Notes: a model not told the origin generated them from the sequence alone. 64,000 nt of DNA from Planctomycetota bacterium (GCA_046290465.1 JBKAGP010000001.1:96001-160000), one strand, 5' to 3'. Shown: positions 30,367-44,558, counted from the first letter of the stretch. Program-made: numbers and translations.

Positions 30367-31671
30367 ATGCCGCACGTCGCCTTCGTCCCGCTGGTCGGCG
30401 CACGCGTTCACCAAGAACGTGTGCTGGAGCTGGGCATGTCGCTGCCGGGCTTCCGGCAGCGCGGCCGCGCGATCGGTGGCCTGCCGGCGCTGGGGCTGTT
30501 GACGCTCGCCGGCATGACGCCGGGCGAGTGGGGGCGCAGCTGGCACGAGCTGCAGGGCGACGCGCGGACGGTCGTCGACGAGCTCGTCCTGCAGCGGCCG
30601 ACGTTCGTGGCGATCTCGGCGCTGACGGCGTCGGTCGACGAGGCCTATGCGCTGTGTGCGCAGCTGCGCGACGAAGGCATCCCGGTCGTGGTCGGCGGCC
30701 TGCACGCGACAGCACTGCCGGACGAGGTGCTGCAGCACGCCGACGCGGTGTGCGTCGGCGAAGGCGAGCCGGTGTGGCTTCGGATCTTGCGCGACGCCCA
30801 GAACGGCCAGCTGCACGGCCGCTACCAGGCGGACCGCGCGTTCGACCTCAGAGACGCACCGCTGCCGGCGTTCGAGCTGCTCGGCGAGGGCGTGCGGCCG
30901 CGCTACACGCTGCAGACCGCACGCGGCTGCCCGTTCGCCTGCGAGTTCTGCGCGGCGAGCCGGCTGCTCGGGCCGTTCCGGCAGAAGCCGCTGCCGCGCA
31001 TCGAAGCCGAGCTCGACGCGATCACGCGGCGCGAGGCCCGGCCGCTGATCGAGCTCGCCGACGACAACACGTTCGCCGGTCGCGATGCGCCGTGGCTGCC
31101 GGCGTTCGCGCAAGTCCAGGCGCGCTGGTTCACCGAGAGCGACTGGCGCATCGGCGAACGGCCCGAGCTGCTCGCGCAGCTGCGCGCGTCGGGCTGCCGC
31201 CAGGTGCTGGTCGGGATCGAGTCACTGGTGTTCCGGCATCCCGGCATGGGCAAGAAGGAGGACCGGCTCGATCGCATGCTCTCTGCGGTCGACGCGATCC
31301 AGGCGGCCGGCATCGTCGTCAACGGCTGCTTCGTGCTCGGCGCGGACGGCGAGACCGACGAGTCGGCCGGGCGGCTGGCGGAGTTCCTCTGCGACAGCCC
31401 GTTCGCCGAGGTGCAGGTGACGCTGCAGACGCCGTTCCCGGGCGCGCCGCTGCGCGAGCGGCTGCATGGCGAGGGGCGGCTGCGCGCGGCCGCGCCGTGG
31501 TCGAGCCACACGCTGTTCGACGTCTGCTTCGAGCCCGACCGGATGTCGGTGACGCAGCTCGAGGCGGCGTTCGAGGCGGTGCTGCGGCGCGTGTTCTCGG
31601 CAGAGCAGACCGAGCAGCGCGCGCGGCTGCGCCGGTCGGTGTGGCGGCGGGCGCGGGAGGTGCGCGCATGA
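30367..31671 (+). CDS. B12-binding radical SAM protein
   Basis: LGLLTLAG, VVVGGLHATALP, VGEGE (cobalamin domain); ARGCPFACEFC; DDN; GIES. Confidence 0.93.
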   Translation: MPHVAFVPLVGARVHQERVLELGMSLPGFRQRGRAIGGLPALGLLTLAGMTPGEWGRSWHELQGDARTVVDELVLQRPTFVAISALTASVDEAYALCAQLRDEGIPVVVGGLHATALPDEVLQHADAVCVGEGEPVWLRILRDAQNGQLHGRYQADRAFDLRDAPLPAFELLGEGVRPRYTLQTARGCPFACEFCAASRLLGPFRQKPLPRIEAELDAITRREARPLIELADDNTFAGRDAPWLPAFAQVQARWFTESDWRIGERPELLAQLRASGCRQVLVGIESLVFRHPGMGKKEDRLDRMLSAVDAIQAAGIVVNGCFVLGADGETDESAGRLAEFLCDSPFAEVQVTLQTPFPGAPLRERLHGEGRLRAAAPWSSHTLFDVCFEPDRMSVTQLEAAFEAVLRRVFSAEQTEQRARLRRSVWRRAREVRA

Positions 31672-32798
31672 ACCTGTTGGACTGTGTGAGGTTCCTGGTT
31701 GGCGATGCTGGCGCGATCCGGCGCATCGCCGCCTGCCGCGCGTCGGTCTGGGTCGGCCTCGTCTTTGTGCTGATGGCGTCGCTGGCGCGCGAGTACGACC
31801 AGGAGGACCTGGTGCACGAGCCGTGGCGGCTGCTGGCCTCGCCCGGCGCGTCGTTGCTGGTGGCGTCGGTCCTGTACGCGTTCGTGCGGGGGGGCGGCAA
31901 GGGGGAGCGGACCAAGGAGCCCTTCGCTGTCGGCTGGCGCCGGTTCGTCGCGCTGTTCTGGATGACCGGGCCGCTCGCGTGGATCTATGCGGTCCCGTAC
32001 GAGCGGTTCCTCGAGACGCAGCAGGCCGTCGCCGCGAACCTGTGGTCGCTCGGTCTCGTGGCGACCTGGCGCGTGCTGCTGATCATCCGGGTGGTCAGCG
32101 TCGTGCACGACGTGCCCTTCCGCCGCGCGGCAGGGGTGGTCCTGCTGGTCGCCGACGTGGTCGCGCTGGCCCTGATCCAGCTGCTGCCGTTCCCGATCAT
32201 CGTGGTCATGGGCGGCGCGCAGGATCCGGCGACCGAGACCATCCGCGGAACGGCGTGCGCCGTGCTCGGGTGGGGCGTCGTCACGCTGCCGGTCTGGTTC
32301 GGCATGACGATCTTTGCGCGTATCGAAGCTCGCAAGCAGGGGGGCTGGCGCGACGGACCCGCGCTCGAGCCGACGCGCGCGGTGCATGTGTCGATCTGGC
32401 TGCTCGCGGCGCTCCTGCTGGCGGCGTCGGGGCCCGCCGTTGGGGCCGCGCAGCATCGTCAGGTGGAGCGTGCAGAGCAGCGGCGCGCCCGGGTCTCGGC
32501 TGTGTGGGCTGCGATCGAGGCGTTGCCTCCCCCGAATCCTGCGGGGGAGCTGTCCGCATCGGAGCGGCAGCTATGCAAGCAGCTGCAGGAGGCAGTAGGG
32601 GCTCTGGATCGCGACACCATCGAGCGTATGGCGGCAGCGGACACGATCCAGATCGCGGCCGCCGTCTTGCTGCGTCCGGGGTTGGGGGACCCGGTGAAGC
32701 CTGTGCTGCGTCAGCTGCTAGACGGGCACGGCCACCCACGCCGATTCCGACTACCGGAGCAAGCCCTGGACGAATGGGTGCGGCTGTTCCGCCACTGA
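31668..32798 (+). CDS. Hypothetical polytopic membrane protein
   Basis: ATGA overlap with the radical SAM gene; about 7 TM segments; LAREYD and WMTGPLAWIYAVPYERF. Confidence 0.75.
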   Translation: MNLLDCVRFLVGDAGAIRRIAACRASVWVGLVFVLMASLAREYDQEDLVHEPWRLLASPGASLLVASVLYAFVRGGGKGERTKEPFAVGWRRFVALFWMTGPLAWIYAVPYERFLETQQAVAANLWSLGLVATWRVLLIIRVVSVVHDVPFRRAAGVVLLVADVVALALIQLLPFPIIVVMGGAQDPATETIRGTACAVLGWGVVTLPVWFGMTIFARIEARKQGGWRDGPALEPTRAVHVSIWLLAALLLAASGPAVGAAQHRQVERAEQRRARVSAVWAAIEALPPPNPAGELSASERQLCKQLQEAVGALDRDTIERMAAADTIQIAAAVLLRPGLGDPVKPVLRQLLDGHGHPRRFRLPEQALDEWVRLFRH

Positions 32799-32799
32799 G

Positions 32800-33105
32800 C
32801 TAGTCGTCGGACGTCGGCATCGAGCACCCGCTCGGCGCGTCGTCCGTGCCGCAGGTCGGCTTGCAGCCGCCCTTCGGTTCGCTCGACTCCGTGTCCTTCT
32901 TGGCGTCCTCGGCGTAGCTCGACGAACGGTAGTCGGTCTCGTAGAAGCCCGAACCCTTGAAGATCACGCCGGCGCCGGTGCCGATCAGCCGCTCGAGCTT
33001 GTTCTTCTTGCACTGCGGACACTTCTTCAGCGGGTCCGCACTCATGCTCTGGAACTCTTCGAAGCGGTGTCCGCAGCTGCTGCAGGCGTAGTCGTAGGTC
33101 GGCAT
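32800..33105 (-). CDS. FmdB-family zinc-ribbon protein
   Basis: MPTYDYACSSCGHRFE...CPQC...FKGSGFYETDY. Confidence 0.92.
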   Translation of the reverse strand: MPTYDYACSSCGHRFEEFQSMSADPLKKCPQCKKNKLERLIGTGAGVIFKGSGFYETDYRSSSYAEDAKKDTESSEPKGGCKPTCGTDDAPSGCSMPTSDD

Positions 33106-33115
33106 CACTCGGCTC

Positions 33116-33733
33116 CTATTCGCCGGCCTTGGGGCCGGCGACGATCACCCTGCTGTGGCGCACGACGTGCTCGCCGAGCATGTAGCCGGTCTGCATGACG
33201 CGCAGGACCTGGTTCTCGGGCACGTCGGCGTTCGGCTCCTTGCCGAGCGCCTCGTGGCGGGCCGGGTCGAACGGCTGGCCCTCGGCCGGGATCTCCTTGA
33301 GCCCGTGGCGCTCGAGCGCGCCGCTGAGCATCGTGCGCACCATGCGCACGCCCTCGACCAGCGCGTCGACGTCGCCGGCCTGGCCCGCGGCCGAGCCGTC
33401 GGCGGCCTCGCCGTCGTAGCTCTGCAGCGCCAGCCCGAACGTGTCGAGCACCGGCAGCAGCTCCTGGGTCAGGCCTTCGAGCGTGCGCCGACGGCCGTCC
33501 TCGAGCTCCTGGCGCTGGCGGCGCAGGATGTTCTGGGTGTCGGCCATCGCGCGCTGCAGCTTGGCTTCGAGCTGGTCGCGCTCCTCGCGCAGCTTCGTCA
33601 TCTCGGCTTCGTGCGCAGGGATCTCGACGGTCGGCTCGTCGCCGCCCGCGTCGGGGCCGGCGCCTTGGTTCTGCTCGTCGAGGTCCTTGGGGTCTTCCGT
33701 CGAATCTGTCACGTTCGGCTCCTGATCGCTCAC
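33116..33733 (-). CDS. grpE: Nucleotide exchange factor GrpE
   Basis: [34 protein letters not shown]...VVR.SRV.V. Confidence 0.93.
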   Translation of the reverse strand: MSDQEPNVTDSTEDPKDLDEQNQGAGPDAGGDEPTVEIPAHEAEMTKLREERDQLEAKLQRAMADTQNILRRQRQELEDGRRRTLEGLTQELLPVLDTFGLALQSYDGEAADGSAAGQAGDVDALVEGVRMVRTMLSGALERHGLKEIPAEGQPFDPARHEALGKEPNADVPENQVLRVMQTGYMLGEHVVRHSRVIVAGPKAGE

Positions 33734-34875
33734 GAGAAGATGTCCTTCACCTTCTCGAAGATCGTCTTCTTCTGGTCCTTCTTGGGCTTCTTGCCGGTCT
33801 CGAGCTCGTCGAACTTGTCGAGCAGCTCACGTTGTTCGGCGGTGATCTTGGCGGGCACGTCGACCTGGATCTGCACCACCAGGTTGCCGCGGCCGTAGCC
33901 GTCGGGGCGGGGCAGGCCGTGGTTGCGAACGCGCAGCTTCTCGCCCGGCTGGGTGCCGGACGGGATCTTCATCATCACCTGTTCGCCGGTGATGGTCGGG
34001 ATCTCGACCTCGTCGCCGATGACCGCCTGGCGGAACGAGATCCGCGTCTGCATCAGCAGGTCGTCGCCGTAGCGCGTGAACACCGGGTGTTCCTTGACGT
34101 GCAGCACGACGATCAGGTCGCCGGGCGGCGCGCCACCCTCGCCGGGTTCGCCCTGGCCGGGGATGCGCTCGGCGTGGCCGTTCTCGATGCCGGCCGGGAT
34201 GGTGATGTTGACCGGCGACGTCTTCGGCACCGCGCCGCGTCCCTTGCACTTGGTGCAGGGCGTCTCGATCATCTCGCCCTGACCCTGGCAGGTCGGGCAG
34301 GTCTGGCGCAGCTGGAAGAACCCCTGCGAACGCACGACCTGGCCGTGGCCCTCGCAGGTCTGGCAGGTCTTCTTGCTGGTGCCGGGCTTGGCGCCGGAGC
34401 CGGCGCAGGTGCCGCAGGCCTCGGCGCGCTTCAGCTCGATGGTCTTCTTGACGCCGGTGGCGACCTCTTCGAGGGTCAGCTCCAGGTCGACCTTGAGGCT
34501 GGCGCCGCGCCGGCCGCGACCGCGCCGGCCGCCGCCGAACAGCTGGTCGAAGAAGCCGCCGCCACCGCCGCCGCCGAACATGTCGCCGAACGCGGCGAAG
34601 ATGTCCTCGGCCGATGAGAAGCCGGCGCCGCCACCGCCGCCCGCGCCGTCGACGCCGGCGTGGCCGAACTGGTCGTAGCGCTGCCGCTTCTGCGCGTCGC
34701 TGAGCACTGCGTAGGCCTCGGCGGCCTCCTTGAAGCGCTTCTCGGCCGCTTCGTCCCCCGGGTTCTTGTCCGGGTGGTTGGCGATCGCGAGCTTGCGATA
34801 GGCCTTCTTGATCGTGTCGTCGTCGGCCGATCGGTCGACGCCGAGGATCTCGTAGTAGTCGCGCTTCGTACTCAT
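33730..34875 (-). CDS. dnaJ: Chaperone DnaJ
   Basis: [17 protein letters not shown]-rich region, four CxxCxGxG repeats. Confidence 0.97.
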   Translation of the reverse strand: MSTKRDYYEILGVDRSADDDTIKKAYRKLAIANHPDKNPGDEAAEKRFKEAAEAYAVLSDAQKRQRYDQFGHAGVDGAGGGGGAGFSSAEDIFAAFGDMFGGGGGGGFFDQLFGGGRRGRGRRGASLKVDLELTLEEVATGVKKTIELKRAEACGTCAGSGAKPGTSKKTCQTCEGHGQVVRSQGFFQLRQTCPTCQGQGEMIETPCTKCKGRGAVPKTSPVNITIPAGIENGHAERIPGQGEPGEGGAPPGDLIVVLHVKEHPVFTRYGDDLLMQTRISFRQAVIGDEVEIPTITGEQVMMKIPSGTQPGEKLRVRNHGLPRPDGYGRGNLVVQIQVDVPAKITAEQRELLDKFDELETGKKPKKDQKKTIFEKVKDIFS

Positions 34876-34943
34876 GCGGCGTCGTGCGGTGGAAGGTCGG
34901 TCCCGTCCCGCGGCGGCTGCTGCGGGACGGGTGGGCGAGCACC

Positions 34944-36554
<1,611 letters not shown>

Positions 36555-36560
36555 CTTGGA

Positions 36561-36854
36561 TCAGCCCTCCACCTTGGCCAGGATCTCGCTCTCGCGAAGG
36601 ATCTTGTAGTCGTCGCCGTCGACCTGCACGTCGCTGCCGGCGTACTTGCCGAACAGGACCACGTCGCCCTTCTTGACGTCGAGCTTGAGGCGCTTGCCGT
36701 CCTTGCCGAGGCGGCCTTCGCCGACCGCGGTCACCTTGCCGCGCTGCGGCTTTTCTTGGGCGCTGTCGGGCAGCAGGATGCCGCCGGCAGTCTTCTCTTC
36801 GGCGTCGAGCACCTTGAGCACGACGCGATCATCGAGGGGTCGCAGGGAAGCCAT
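36561..36854 (-). CDS. groES: Co-chaperonin GroES
   Basis: [34 protein letters not shown]. Confidence 0.97.
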   Translation of the reverse strand: MASLRPLDDRVVLKVLDAEEKTAGGILLPDSAQEKPQRGKVTAVGEGRLGKDGKRLKLDVKKGDVVLFGKYAGSDVQVDGDDYKILRESEILAKVEG

Positions 36855-36908
36855 AATCAGTTACTCCGGATGTGTGTGTGTGGTTGTGTGCGTGAGGGGG
36901 TGGTGCGA

Positions 36909-38528
<1,620 letters not shown>

Positions 38529-38643
38529 CACAACCTTGGGGAGGATTCTGGATACTTCAGGGGTTGGCAGTTCCCGCGCGCCGTTGCACGCGGTGACCCG
38601 ACCTCGTCGTCGAGGCGGTCTGCATAGGAATGGCGCGCGCGAG

Positions 38644-38660
38644 AGCAAAGGTGGTGCCGA
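38644..38660 (-). promoter_or_regulatory. Candidate sigma-54 (-24/-12) promoter of the chaperone operon
   Basis: Minus strand TCGGCAC-CACCT-TTGCT with exact GG-N10-GC spacing, ~115 nt upstream of groEL. Confidence 0.55.
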
Positions 38661-38836
38661 TGATGAAGGCGTTGGCCGCGGATCTGCGCGGCGGGTTCGA
38701 AGTTGCTTCTGGCAAACGGTTTGAGGATTCGGCGAACGCAGCGGCCAGCAGCCGCGGCGCGCCGGCCGCGCGACAAACTGTCAGCCTGTCGGACCGACGT
38801 CGTCGGGCCTTGCGCCATTCTGGCAGGGGGGCGTGC

Positions 38837-40015
38837 GTGGCCGCGGCCCTGTTGCTGGCCGCGGCGCTGCCGGCGCAGGCGTCCCGCCAGCTCGAACTGG
38901 ACCTGCGCAGCGGTCGCAAGCTGCTGGCCGAGCGGCTGATCGGCAGCCCGGAGTCGGGCTACGAGGCCCGCGTCGGGGGCCGCATGCAGAAGGTCGCGGC
39001 CAAGGACCTGCTGGCGGTCCGGCTCGGCCCGGCGACGGCGCCCGAACTGCTGCGCGTCGACCTGGTCGGCGGCGAACGGCTGTTCGGTGCGATCGCCGGC
39101 GGTGACGACAACGGCGACAACCTCGAACTGCTGTCGCCGGTGCTCGGCAAGCGCACGGTGCCGATCGACCGCATCGAGACGGTCGTGCATCCCGGCGTGC
39201 ATCCCGGCGACCAGGTCGTGCCCGAGGGCGTCGACGAGGCGCTGTTCGTCGAGACCCAGCGCGGCTACGACCTGATCGCCGGCACGCTGTTCCGGTTCGG
39301 GCCGCAGGGCGTGCAGTTCCAGGCCGAGGGCCGGGAAGGCGCGCAGTGGTTCGCGCCGCGCAAGTTCTCGTCGCTGCGGTTGCGCGGCGGCCTTCTGCGC
39401 GAGCAGCCGGCCGGCTGCACGCTGCTGACCCGCAGCGGCGACCGCCTCGGCGTCGCGATCGGCCGCTGCAGCGAGGACGGCGTCGAGGTGACGTTCGAGG
39501 CCGGCGACACCGCGACGGTGCGCTGGCTCGACCTCGCCTGCCTGGTGTTCGAGCACGGCGTCACGCACCTGTCGTCGCTGACGCCGACCGAGGTGGTCGA
39601 GCGCGGCTTCGGCGGCGAGCCGGTGCTGCGCTGGCGGCGCGACCGCAGCGTCGTCGGCACCGAACTGCTGGCCCACAACCGCGCCTACGGCCGCGGCCTC
39701 GGCGTGCACAGCATGAGCCGGCTGACCTTCGCCGTGCCCGAGGGCGCGACGCACTTCCGTTCGGCGGTGGCCTTCGACGACTCGGTCAACGCGTTGCCGC
39801 TGCGCGCGCACGCGGTCGCGCGGGTGCTGCGCAACGGCAAGCAGGTGTTCGAGGTCGACGACCTGGCGGCCGGCCAGCCGCCGCGCGACGTCGGCATGCA
39901 GGTCGTCGAGCCCGGCGACACGATCACGCTCGAGGTCGACTACGGCGACGGCCGCGACCTCGGCGATCGGGTCGACTGGCTGATGCCGCTGTTCCTGATG
40001 CGCAGCGGGTCGTAG
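38837..40015 (+). CDS. Secreted NPCBM/NEW2-domain protein
   Basis: Signal-like AAALLLAAALPAQ; C-terminal YGRGLGVHS.SRLTF...F...VAFDD...LEVDYG...DLGDRVDW; start uncertain. Confidence 0.8.
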   Translation: MAAALLLAAALPAQASRQLELDLRSGRKLLAERLIGSPESGYEARVGGRMQKVAAKDLLAVRLGPATAPELLRVDLVGGERLFGAIAGGDDNGDNLELLSPVLGKRTVPIDRIETVVHPGVHPGDQVVPEGVDEALFVETQRGYDLIAGTLFRFGPQGVQFQAEGREGAQWFAPRKFSSLRLRGGLLREQPAGCTLLTRSGDRLGVAIGRCSEDGVEVTFEAGDTATVRWLDLACLVFEHGVTHLSSLTPTEVVERGFGGEPVLRWRRDRSVVGTELLAHNRAYGRGLGVHSMSRLTFAVPEGATHFRSAVAFDDSVNALPLRAHAVARVLRNGKQVFEVDDLAAGQPPRDVGMQVVEPGDTITLEVDYGDGRDLGDRVDWLMPLFLMRSGS

Positions 40016-40017
40016 CG

Positions 40018-42330
40018 GTGACGCTGCCCGTCGTGCTCGCCACCGGCATGCTGCTCGCGCTGTGCGGGCTGGCCGCGGTGCGCACGGCGCCGGCGATCGC
40101 GCGCTGGCTGGCGCTGCTGGTCGTGCTCGCGTTCACGATCGTGGCCGGCATCTCCGACCGCACCGCCGAACGTCGCATCGAGCCGCGCGTCCAGCAGGTC
40201 GAACTCGCGGGCGAGCTCGCCGAGCACCGCGCCGCGATGCTGCGCGCCGCCGCCCGTTCGGGGCCGCGCAGCCAGGAGCTGCAGCTGCGCTGGCGCACGC
40301 GCGGTGCGGCGGCGGCGCCGGCGGCGGCGTTCGGCGCCGTAACCAGCCTGCCGGAAGCGATGCCGTTCGCCCCCGAGGACGTGCACATCCGCGCCGCGGC
40401 GCGGGTCGAAGCCGACCGGCCGGCGCTGCTCGAGATCGGCGTCGACGGCCTCGATCGCGACGTCCCCGCCGAACTGGTGGTGCGCGACCGCAACGGCGAG
40501 GTGCTGCGCGAGGCGGTCGTGATCGGGGCGACCGTTCGCAGCGTCACGTTCACGCCGATGCAGCCCGGCCGCTACGACGCCGTCCTCGAGGTCGTGGTCG
40601 GCGCGCACCGGGTGCAGGCGTCGGGCGGCTTCGACGTCGAGCCGCCGGCGGAGATCCTGGTCGTCGAGCCGACCGGCGTGCTCGCCGCCGCGCTGCGCGC
40701 GCAGGGCGAACGGGTGCGCGAGGCCGACCGCTGGCCGGCCGACTGGCGGCGTCACCGCCGGGTCGTGCTCGGCCAGGACCTGTCGGTCGCGCAGCAGCGG
40801 GAGCTGGTCGACGCGGTGCGCGACGGCGTCGGGCTGTTCGTGCTCGGCGCCGCGTTCGGACCCGACGGCGCGCCGCTGCGCGCCATCCTGCCGGTGCGGC
40901 CGCTGCCGCAGCAGCCCGACGAAGGCGATGGCGAGGGCCCGGGCGGTGGCGATCCGGAGCCGCGCCCCGAACCGCCCGAAGCGGGCGAGCCGTCGCCGCC
41001 GCCGCCGCCGCAGCCCGACAGGATCGGCGACACCGAGGGCGCGAGTCCGATCTCGGAGGAGCCGATCGAGGTCGACAAGCACGCGATCGCGATGGTGCTG
41101 GTGGTCGACCGCTCCGAGAGCATGGGCAACCGGCTCCCGGACGGCATGACCAAGATGAGCTACGCCAAGACCAGCGCGCTGCGCACCGCGCAGACGCTCG
41201 GCGAAGGCGACCGCGTCGGCCTGGTGACGTTCGGCGACCAGGGAGCGGCGCGCATCGAACTGCCGTTGACCGATGCGACCCGCAGCGCAGCGGTGCGGGC
41301 CGGCATCGAGAAGCTGGCCCACCAGAAGGAGTGGACGTTCTTGCTCAGCGGCCTGCGCAGCGCCCACGCGATGCTGCGCGACGAGCCGGCGGCGGTCAAA
41401 CACGTGGTCGTGCTGACCGACGGCGAGTTCCAGATGGGGCAGGCGCTGCCGCTGCGGCGCGAGGCGCACCTGATGCGTTCGCGCAGCAAGATCACGGTGT
41501 CGATCATCTCGATCGTCGACGCGCAGACCGACCCGGACTTCAAGGCGAAGTCGCGCGAGATCGCGCACGACGGCGGTGGCGAGTTCATCGCGACCGGCAA
41601 CGCCAGCACCGTGCCCGTGCTGGTCAGCGGCGAGGTGACGCGCGCGCTGTCGCGGGCCGGTCGCAAGCCCAACGTGCCGGGCGAGGATCCGGACCGGCCG
41701 GCGCCGCAGGAGGAGCCGCAGCCGGAGCCGCCGCCAGCAGAACAGCCGGAGCAGCCCGCGCCGACGGAGGCGCCGCGCGCCCTGCCGGTGTTCTCGGTGG
41801 TCGAGTCGCCGCTGCTGCAGCCCGAGCCGGCCGAGTGGCCGATGCTCGGTGCGGCCGTCGCGTGCGAGGCGCCGCTCGACAGCCGCGTGCTGCTGGTCGT
41901 CGGCGAGCAGGGCTGGCCGCTGCTGTCGTTCGCCAATCGGGGGCTCGGCCGCGTCGGCGCGTTCGCGGCGGACCTCGGCGGGGCGTCGGGGCGCGCGTTC
42001 CGCGAGGCCGACGCGTTCCCGGCGTGGATCGCGCAGTGGCTGCGGGCGACCGCGGCGGCCGAGCCGTCGGTCGAGGCCGAGGACCTGCGCTCGGACGGCG
42101 AGGTCCGGCCGCCAGCGCCGGTGCCCGACGACGTCGACTACCTGCGCGCGCTCGGCGGCGGCGCCCCGCGCACCGGCGACGAGCCGGCGCCGGCGCCGAC
42201 CGCGGTGGTCGGCAGCGCCGTGGTCGAGCAGGTTTCGCGGCTGGCGCCCTGGCTGCTGCCGCTGCTGCTGCTGCTGGCGATCGCAGAACGCGTGGCGACG
42301 GCGCGTGCGCTGCGGCGCGGGCGCAGCTGA
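40018..42330 (+). CDS. Membrane-anchored vWA-domain protein with Pro-rich linkers
   Basis: Two N-terminal TMs; MIDAS VVDRSESM...T...VVVLTDG; GLGRVGAF; C-terminal TM. Confidence 0.85.
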   Translation: MTLPVVLATGMLLALCGLAAVRTAPAIARWLALLVVLAFTIVAGISDRTAERRIEPRVQQVELAGELAEHRAAMLRAAARSGPRSQELQLRWRTRGAAAAPAAAFGAVTSLPEAMPFAPEDVHIRAAARVEADRPALLEIGVDGLDRDVPAELVVRDRNGEVLREAVVIGATVRSVTFTPMQPGRYDAVLEVVVGAHRVQASGGFDVEPPAEILVVEPTGVLAAALRAQGERVREADRWPADWRRHRRVVLGQDLSVAQQRELVDAVRDGVGLFVLGAAFGPDGAPLRAILPVRPLPQQPDEGDGEGPGGGDPEPRPEPPEAGEPSPPPPPQPDRIGDTEGASPISEEPIEVDKHAIAMVLVVDRSESMGNRLPDGMTKMSYAKTSALRTAQTLGEGDRVGLVTFGDQGAARIELPLTDATRSAAVRAGIEKLAHQKEWTFLLSGLRSAHAMLRDEPAAVKHVVVLTDGEFQMGQALPLRREAHLMRSRSKITVSIISIVDAQTDPDFKAKSREIAHDGGGEFIATGNASTVPVLVSGEVTRALSRAGRKPNVPGEDPDRPAPQEEPQPEPPPAEQPEQPAPTEAPRALPVFSVVESPLLQPEPAEWPMLGAAVACEAPLDSRVLLVVGEQGWPLLSFANRGLGRVGAFAADLGGASGRAFREADAFPAWIAQWLRATAAAEPSVEAEDLRSDGEVRPPAPVPDDVDYLRALGGGAPRTGDEPAPAPTAVVGSAVVEQVSRLAPWLLPLLLLLAIAERVATARALRRGRS

Positions 42331-42350
42331 TCGCGTATCGTCGCGCGCCC

Positions 42351-42650
42351 ATGCCCTCCGTCTCCGATCGCGTCGCCGAGGCGCACCGGCGCCACTGGCG
42401 CACCAACGTTCGTCTCTCCCTGTCGCTGCTCGTGGTCTGGGCGGCGGTCTCGCTCGGCTGTGGCGTGCTGTTCGCCGACGCGCTCAACGCCTGCACCTTC
42501 CTCGGCTTCCCGCTCGGGTTCTGGTTCGCGCAGCAGGGTGCGATCGTGACGTTCGTCGTGCTGATCCTGATCTACGCGGTCGGCATGGCGCGGCTCGACC
42601 GGCGCCTGCAGCGCGAGCTGCAGCAGATCGAGCGGGAGTCCGACGCGTGA
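42351..42650 (+). CDS. DUF4212 small membrane partner of a solute symporter
   Basis: HWRTNVRL...LL.VWA.VS, GFPLGFWFAQQGAI..FV.LI..Y...M..LD. Confidence 0.9.
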   Translation: MPSVSDRVAEAHRRHWRTNVRLSLSLLVVWAAVSLGCGVLFADALNACTFLGFPLGFWFAQQGAIVTFVVLILIYAVGMARLDRRLQRELQQIERESDA

Positions 42651-44443
42651 GCGTGCAGGGCTGGACGTTCCTGTTCGTCGCGTGCACGTTCGGGCTCTAC
42701 CTGTTGCTGGCCTGGCGCGCGCGGGTGCGCGACACCCGCGGCTTCTTCGTCGCGGGCCGCGGCGTGCCGGCGATCGCCAACGGCATGGCGACCGCGGCCG
42801 ACTGGATGTCGGCGGCGTCGTTCCTCGGCATGGCCGGCACGATCTCGATCCTCGGCTTCGCCGGCGGCGTCTACCTGATGGGCTGGACCGGCGGCTTCGT
42901 GCTGCTGGCGCTGCTGCTTGCGCCGTATTTACGCAAGTTTGGCCACTTCACGGTGCCGGACTTCGTCGGCGATCGCTTCGAGTCGCAGACCGCGAGGCTG
43001 GTCGCGCTGCTGTGTGCGCTGTTCATCAGCTTCACCTACGTCGCCGGCCAGATGCGCGGCGTCGGCATCGTGTTCGCGCGCTTCCTCGAGGTCGACGTCA
43101 CCGTCGGGGTGTTGATCGGCATGGTGCTGGTGTTCGTCTACGCGACGCTCGGCGGCATGAAGGGCATCACCTACACGCAGGTCGCCCAGTACTGGGTGTT
43201 GATCTGCGCGTTCGTGGTGCCGGTCGCCGCGATCAGCTACCAGCTGACCGGCCACGCGGTGCCGCAGCTCGGCATGGGCGCGGAGCTGCAGACCTCGGGC
43301 GAACGGCTGCTTGCGACGCTCGATCGCATCCACGAGGACCTCGGCTTCTCGAGCTACACCGAGGCGTTCGAGGGCAGCTGGGACCGCGTCAACGTGTTCT
43401 GCACGACGCTGGCGCTGATGGCCGGGACCGCCGGCCTGCCGCACGTGATCGTGCGCTTCTACACCGTCAAGAACGTGCAGGCCGCGCGCTGGTCCGGCTT
43501 CTGGGCGCTGCTGTTCATCGCGATCCTCTACCTGTCGGCGCCGGCGACCGCCGCGTTCGCGCGCTACTACGTGTTCGAGAGCCTCAACGGCAAGACCGAG
43601 CAGCAGCTGCCGCAGTGGTTCGACACCTGGGAGCGCACCGGGCTGGTGATCTGGCTCGACGACGGCGACGGCAGGATGGCCTACCACGGCCCCGAGCAGG
43701 CCGCGCAGAACGAGCTGTTCCGCACCGGCAAGCTCTCGGCCGCCGAGATGGAGGCGTTCCAGGCCGCGCACGCGCGCTGGCTCGCGAACGAGCCGGGCGG
43801 CCGCGACGTGCGGCCGGAGCTGACCGCGCTCGGCAACGCCGGGCCCGACCGCGACATCCTGGTGCTGGCGCTGCCGGAGATGGCCAACCTGGCCGCGTGG
43901 ATCATCGCGCTGGTCGCGGCCGGCGGCCTCGCCGCGGCGCTGTCGACGGCGTCGGGGCTGCTGCTGGTCATCAGCAGCAGCATCGCGCACGACCTCTACT
44001 ACCGCACGCTGCGGCCGCAGGCCAACGAGAGCGAACGGCTGCGGCTGTCGCGCATCGCGATCGGCTTCGCCGTCGTCGTCGCCGGCCTGTTCGGCATCTA
44101 CCCGCCGGGGTTCGTCGCCGAGGTGGTGGCGTTCGCGTTCGGCTTGGCGGCGTCGTCGTTCTTCCCGGTGCTGGTGCTCGGCATCTTCTCGGTGCGCGTT
44201 GGCACGGTGCCGGCGATCGCGGGCATGGTCGCCGGCATCGGCTTCACCGCCGGCTACATCCTGTCGACGGTCTACTTCGGGGCCGACCGCTGGTGCTTCG
44301 GCATCGGCCCGCAGGGCATCGGGGCGGTCGGCATGGTCGTCAACTTCGTCGTCGCCGGCGCGCTGACGCCGCTCTGTCGCGGGCCGTCGGCTGCGGCTCG
44401 CGAGATGGTCGCGCAGATTCGCGCGCCGGAGCAGGACGCGTGA
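42647..44443 (+). CDS. Sodium:solute symporter, ActP/VC_2705-like (probable acetate or monocarboxylate permease)
   Basis: NGMATAADWMSAASF, GWTGG, PYLRKFG.FTVPDF, GGMKGITYTQVAQY, GTAGLPHVIVRFYT. Confidence 0.92.
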   Translation: MSVQGWTFLFVACTFGLYLLLAWRARVRDTRGFFVAGRGVPAIANGMATAADWMSAASFLGMAGTISILGFAGGVYLMGWTGGFVLLALLLAPYLRKFGHFTVPDFVGDRFESQTARLVALLCALFISFTYVAGQMRGVGIVFARFLEVDVTVGVLIGMVLVFVYATLGGMKGITYTQVAQYWVLICAFVVPVAAISYQLTGHAVPQLGMGAELQTSGERLLATLDRIHEDLGFSSYTEAFEGSWDRVNVFCTTLALMAGTAGLPHVIVRFYTVKNVQAARWSGFWALLFIAILYLSAPATAAFARYYVFESLNGKTEQQLPQWFDTWERTGLVIWLDDGDGRMAYHGPEQAAQNELFRTGKLSAAEMEAFQAAHARWLANEPGGRDVRPELTALGNAGPDRDILVLALPEMANLAAWIIALVAAGGLAAALSTASGLLLVISSSIAHDLYYRTLRPQANESERLRLSRIAIGFAVVVAGLFGIYPPGFVAEVVAFAFGLAASSFFPVLVLGIFSVRVGTVPAIAGMVAGIGFTAGYILSTVYFGADRWCFGIGPQGIGAVGMVVNFVVAGALTPLCRGPSAAAREMVAQIRAPEQDA

Positions 44444-44558
44444 GGGCCATGCCAGCGGCGGGTGCGCCGAACGCTTAGGGATTTCCCTGGGTCGCTCATG
44501 TTGCCGATCGCCGCGCGCCGATCAGGGGAGGGTCGCGCTCGCCACGCGGCTCCTCGCC

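Noticed and set aside
38530..38700. CIRCE (HrcA) operator upstream of groEL
   Set aside because: Only a half-site-like ttggcagt is present; there is no TTAGCACTC-N9-GAGTGCTAA inverted repeat
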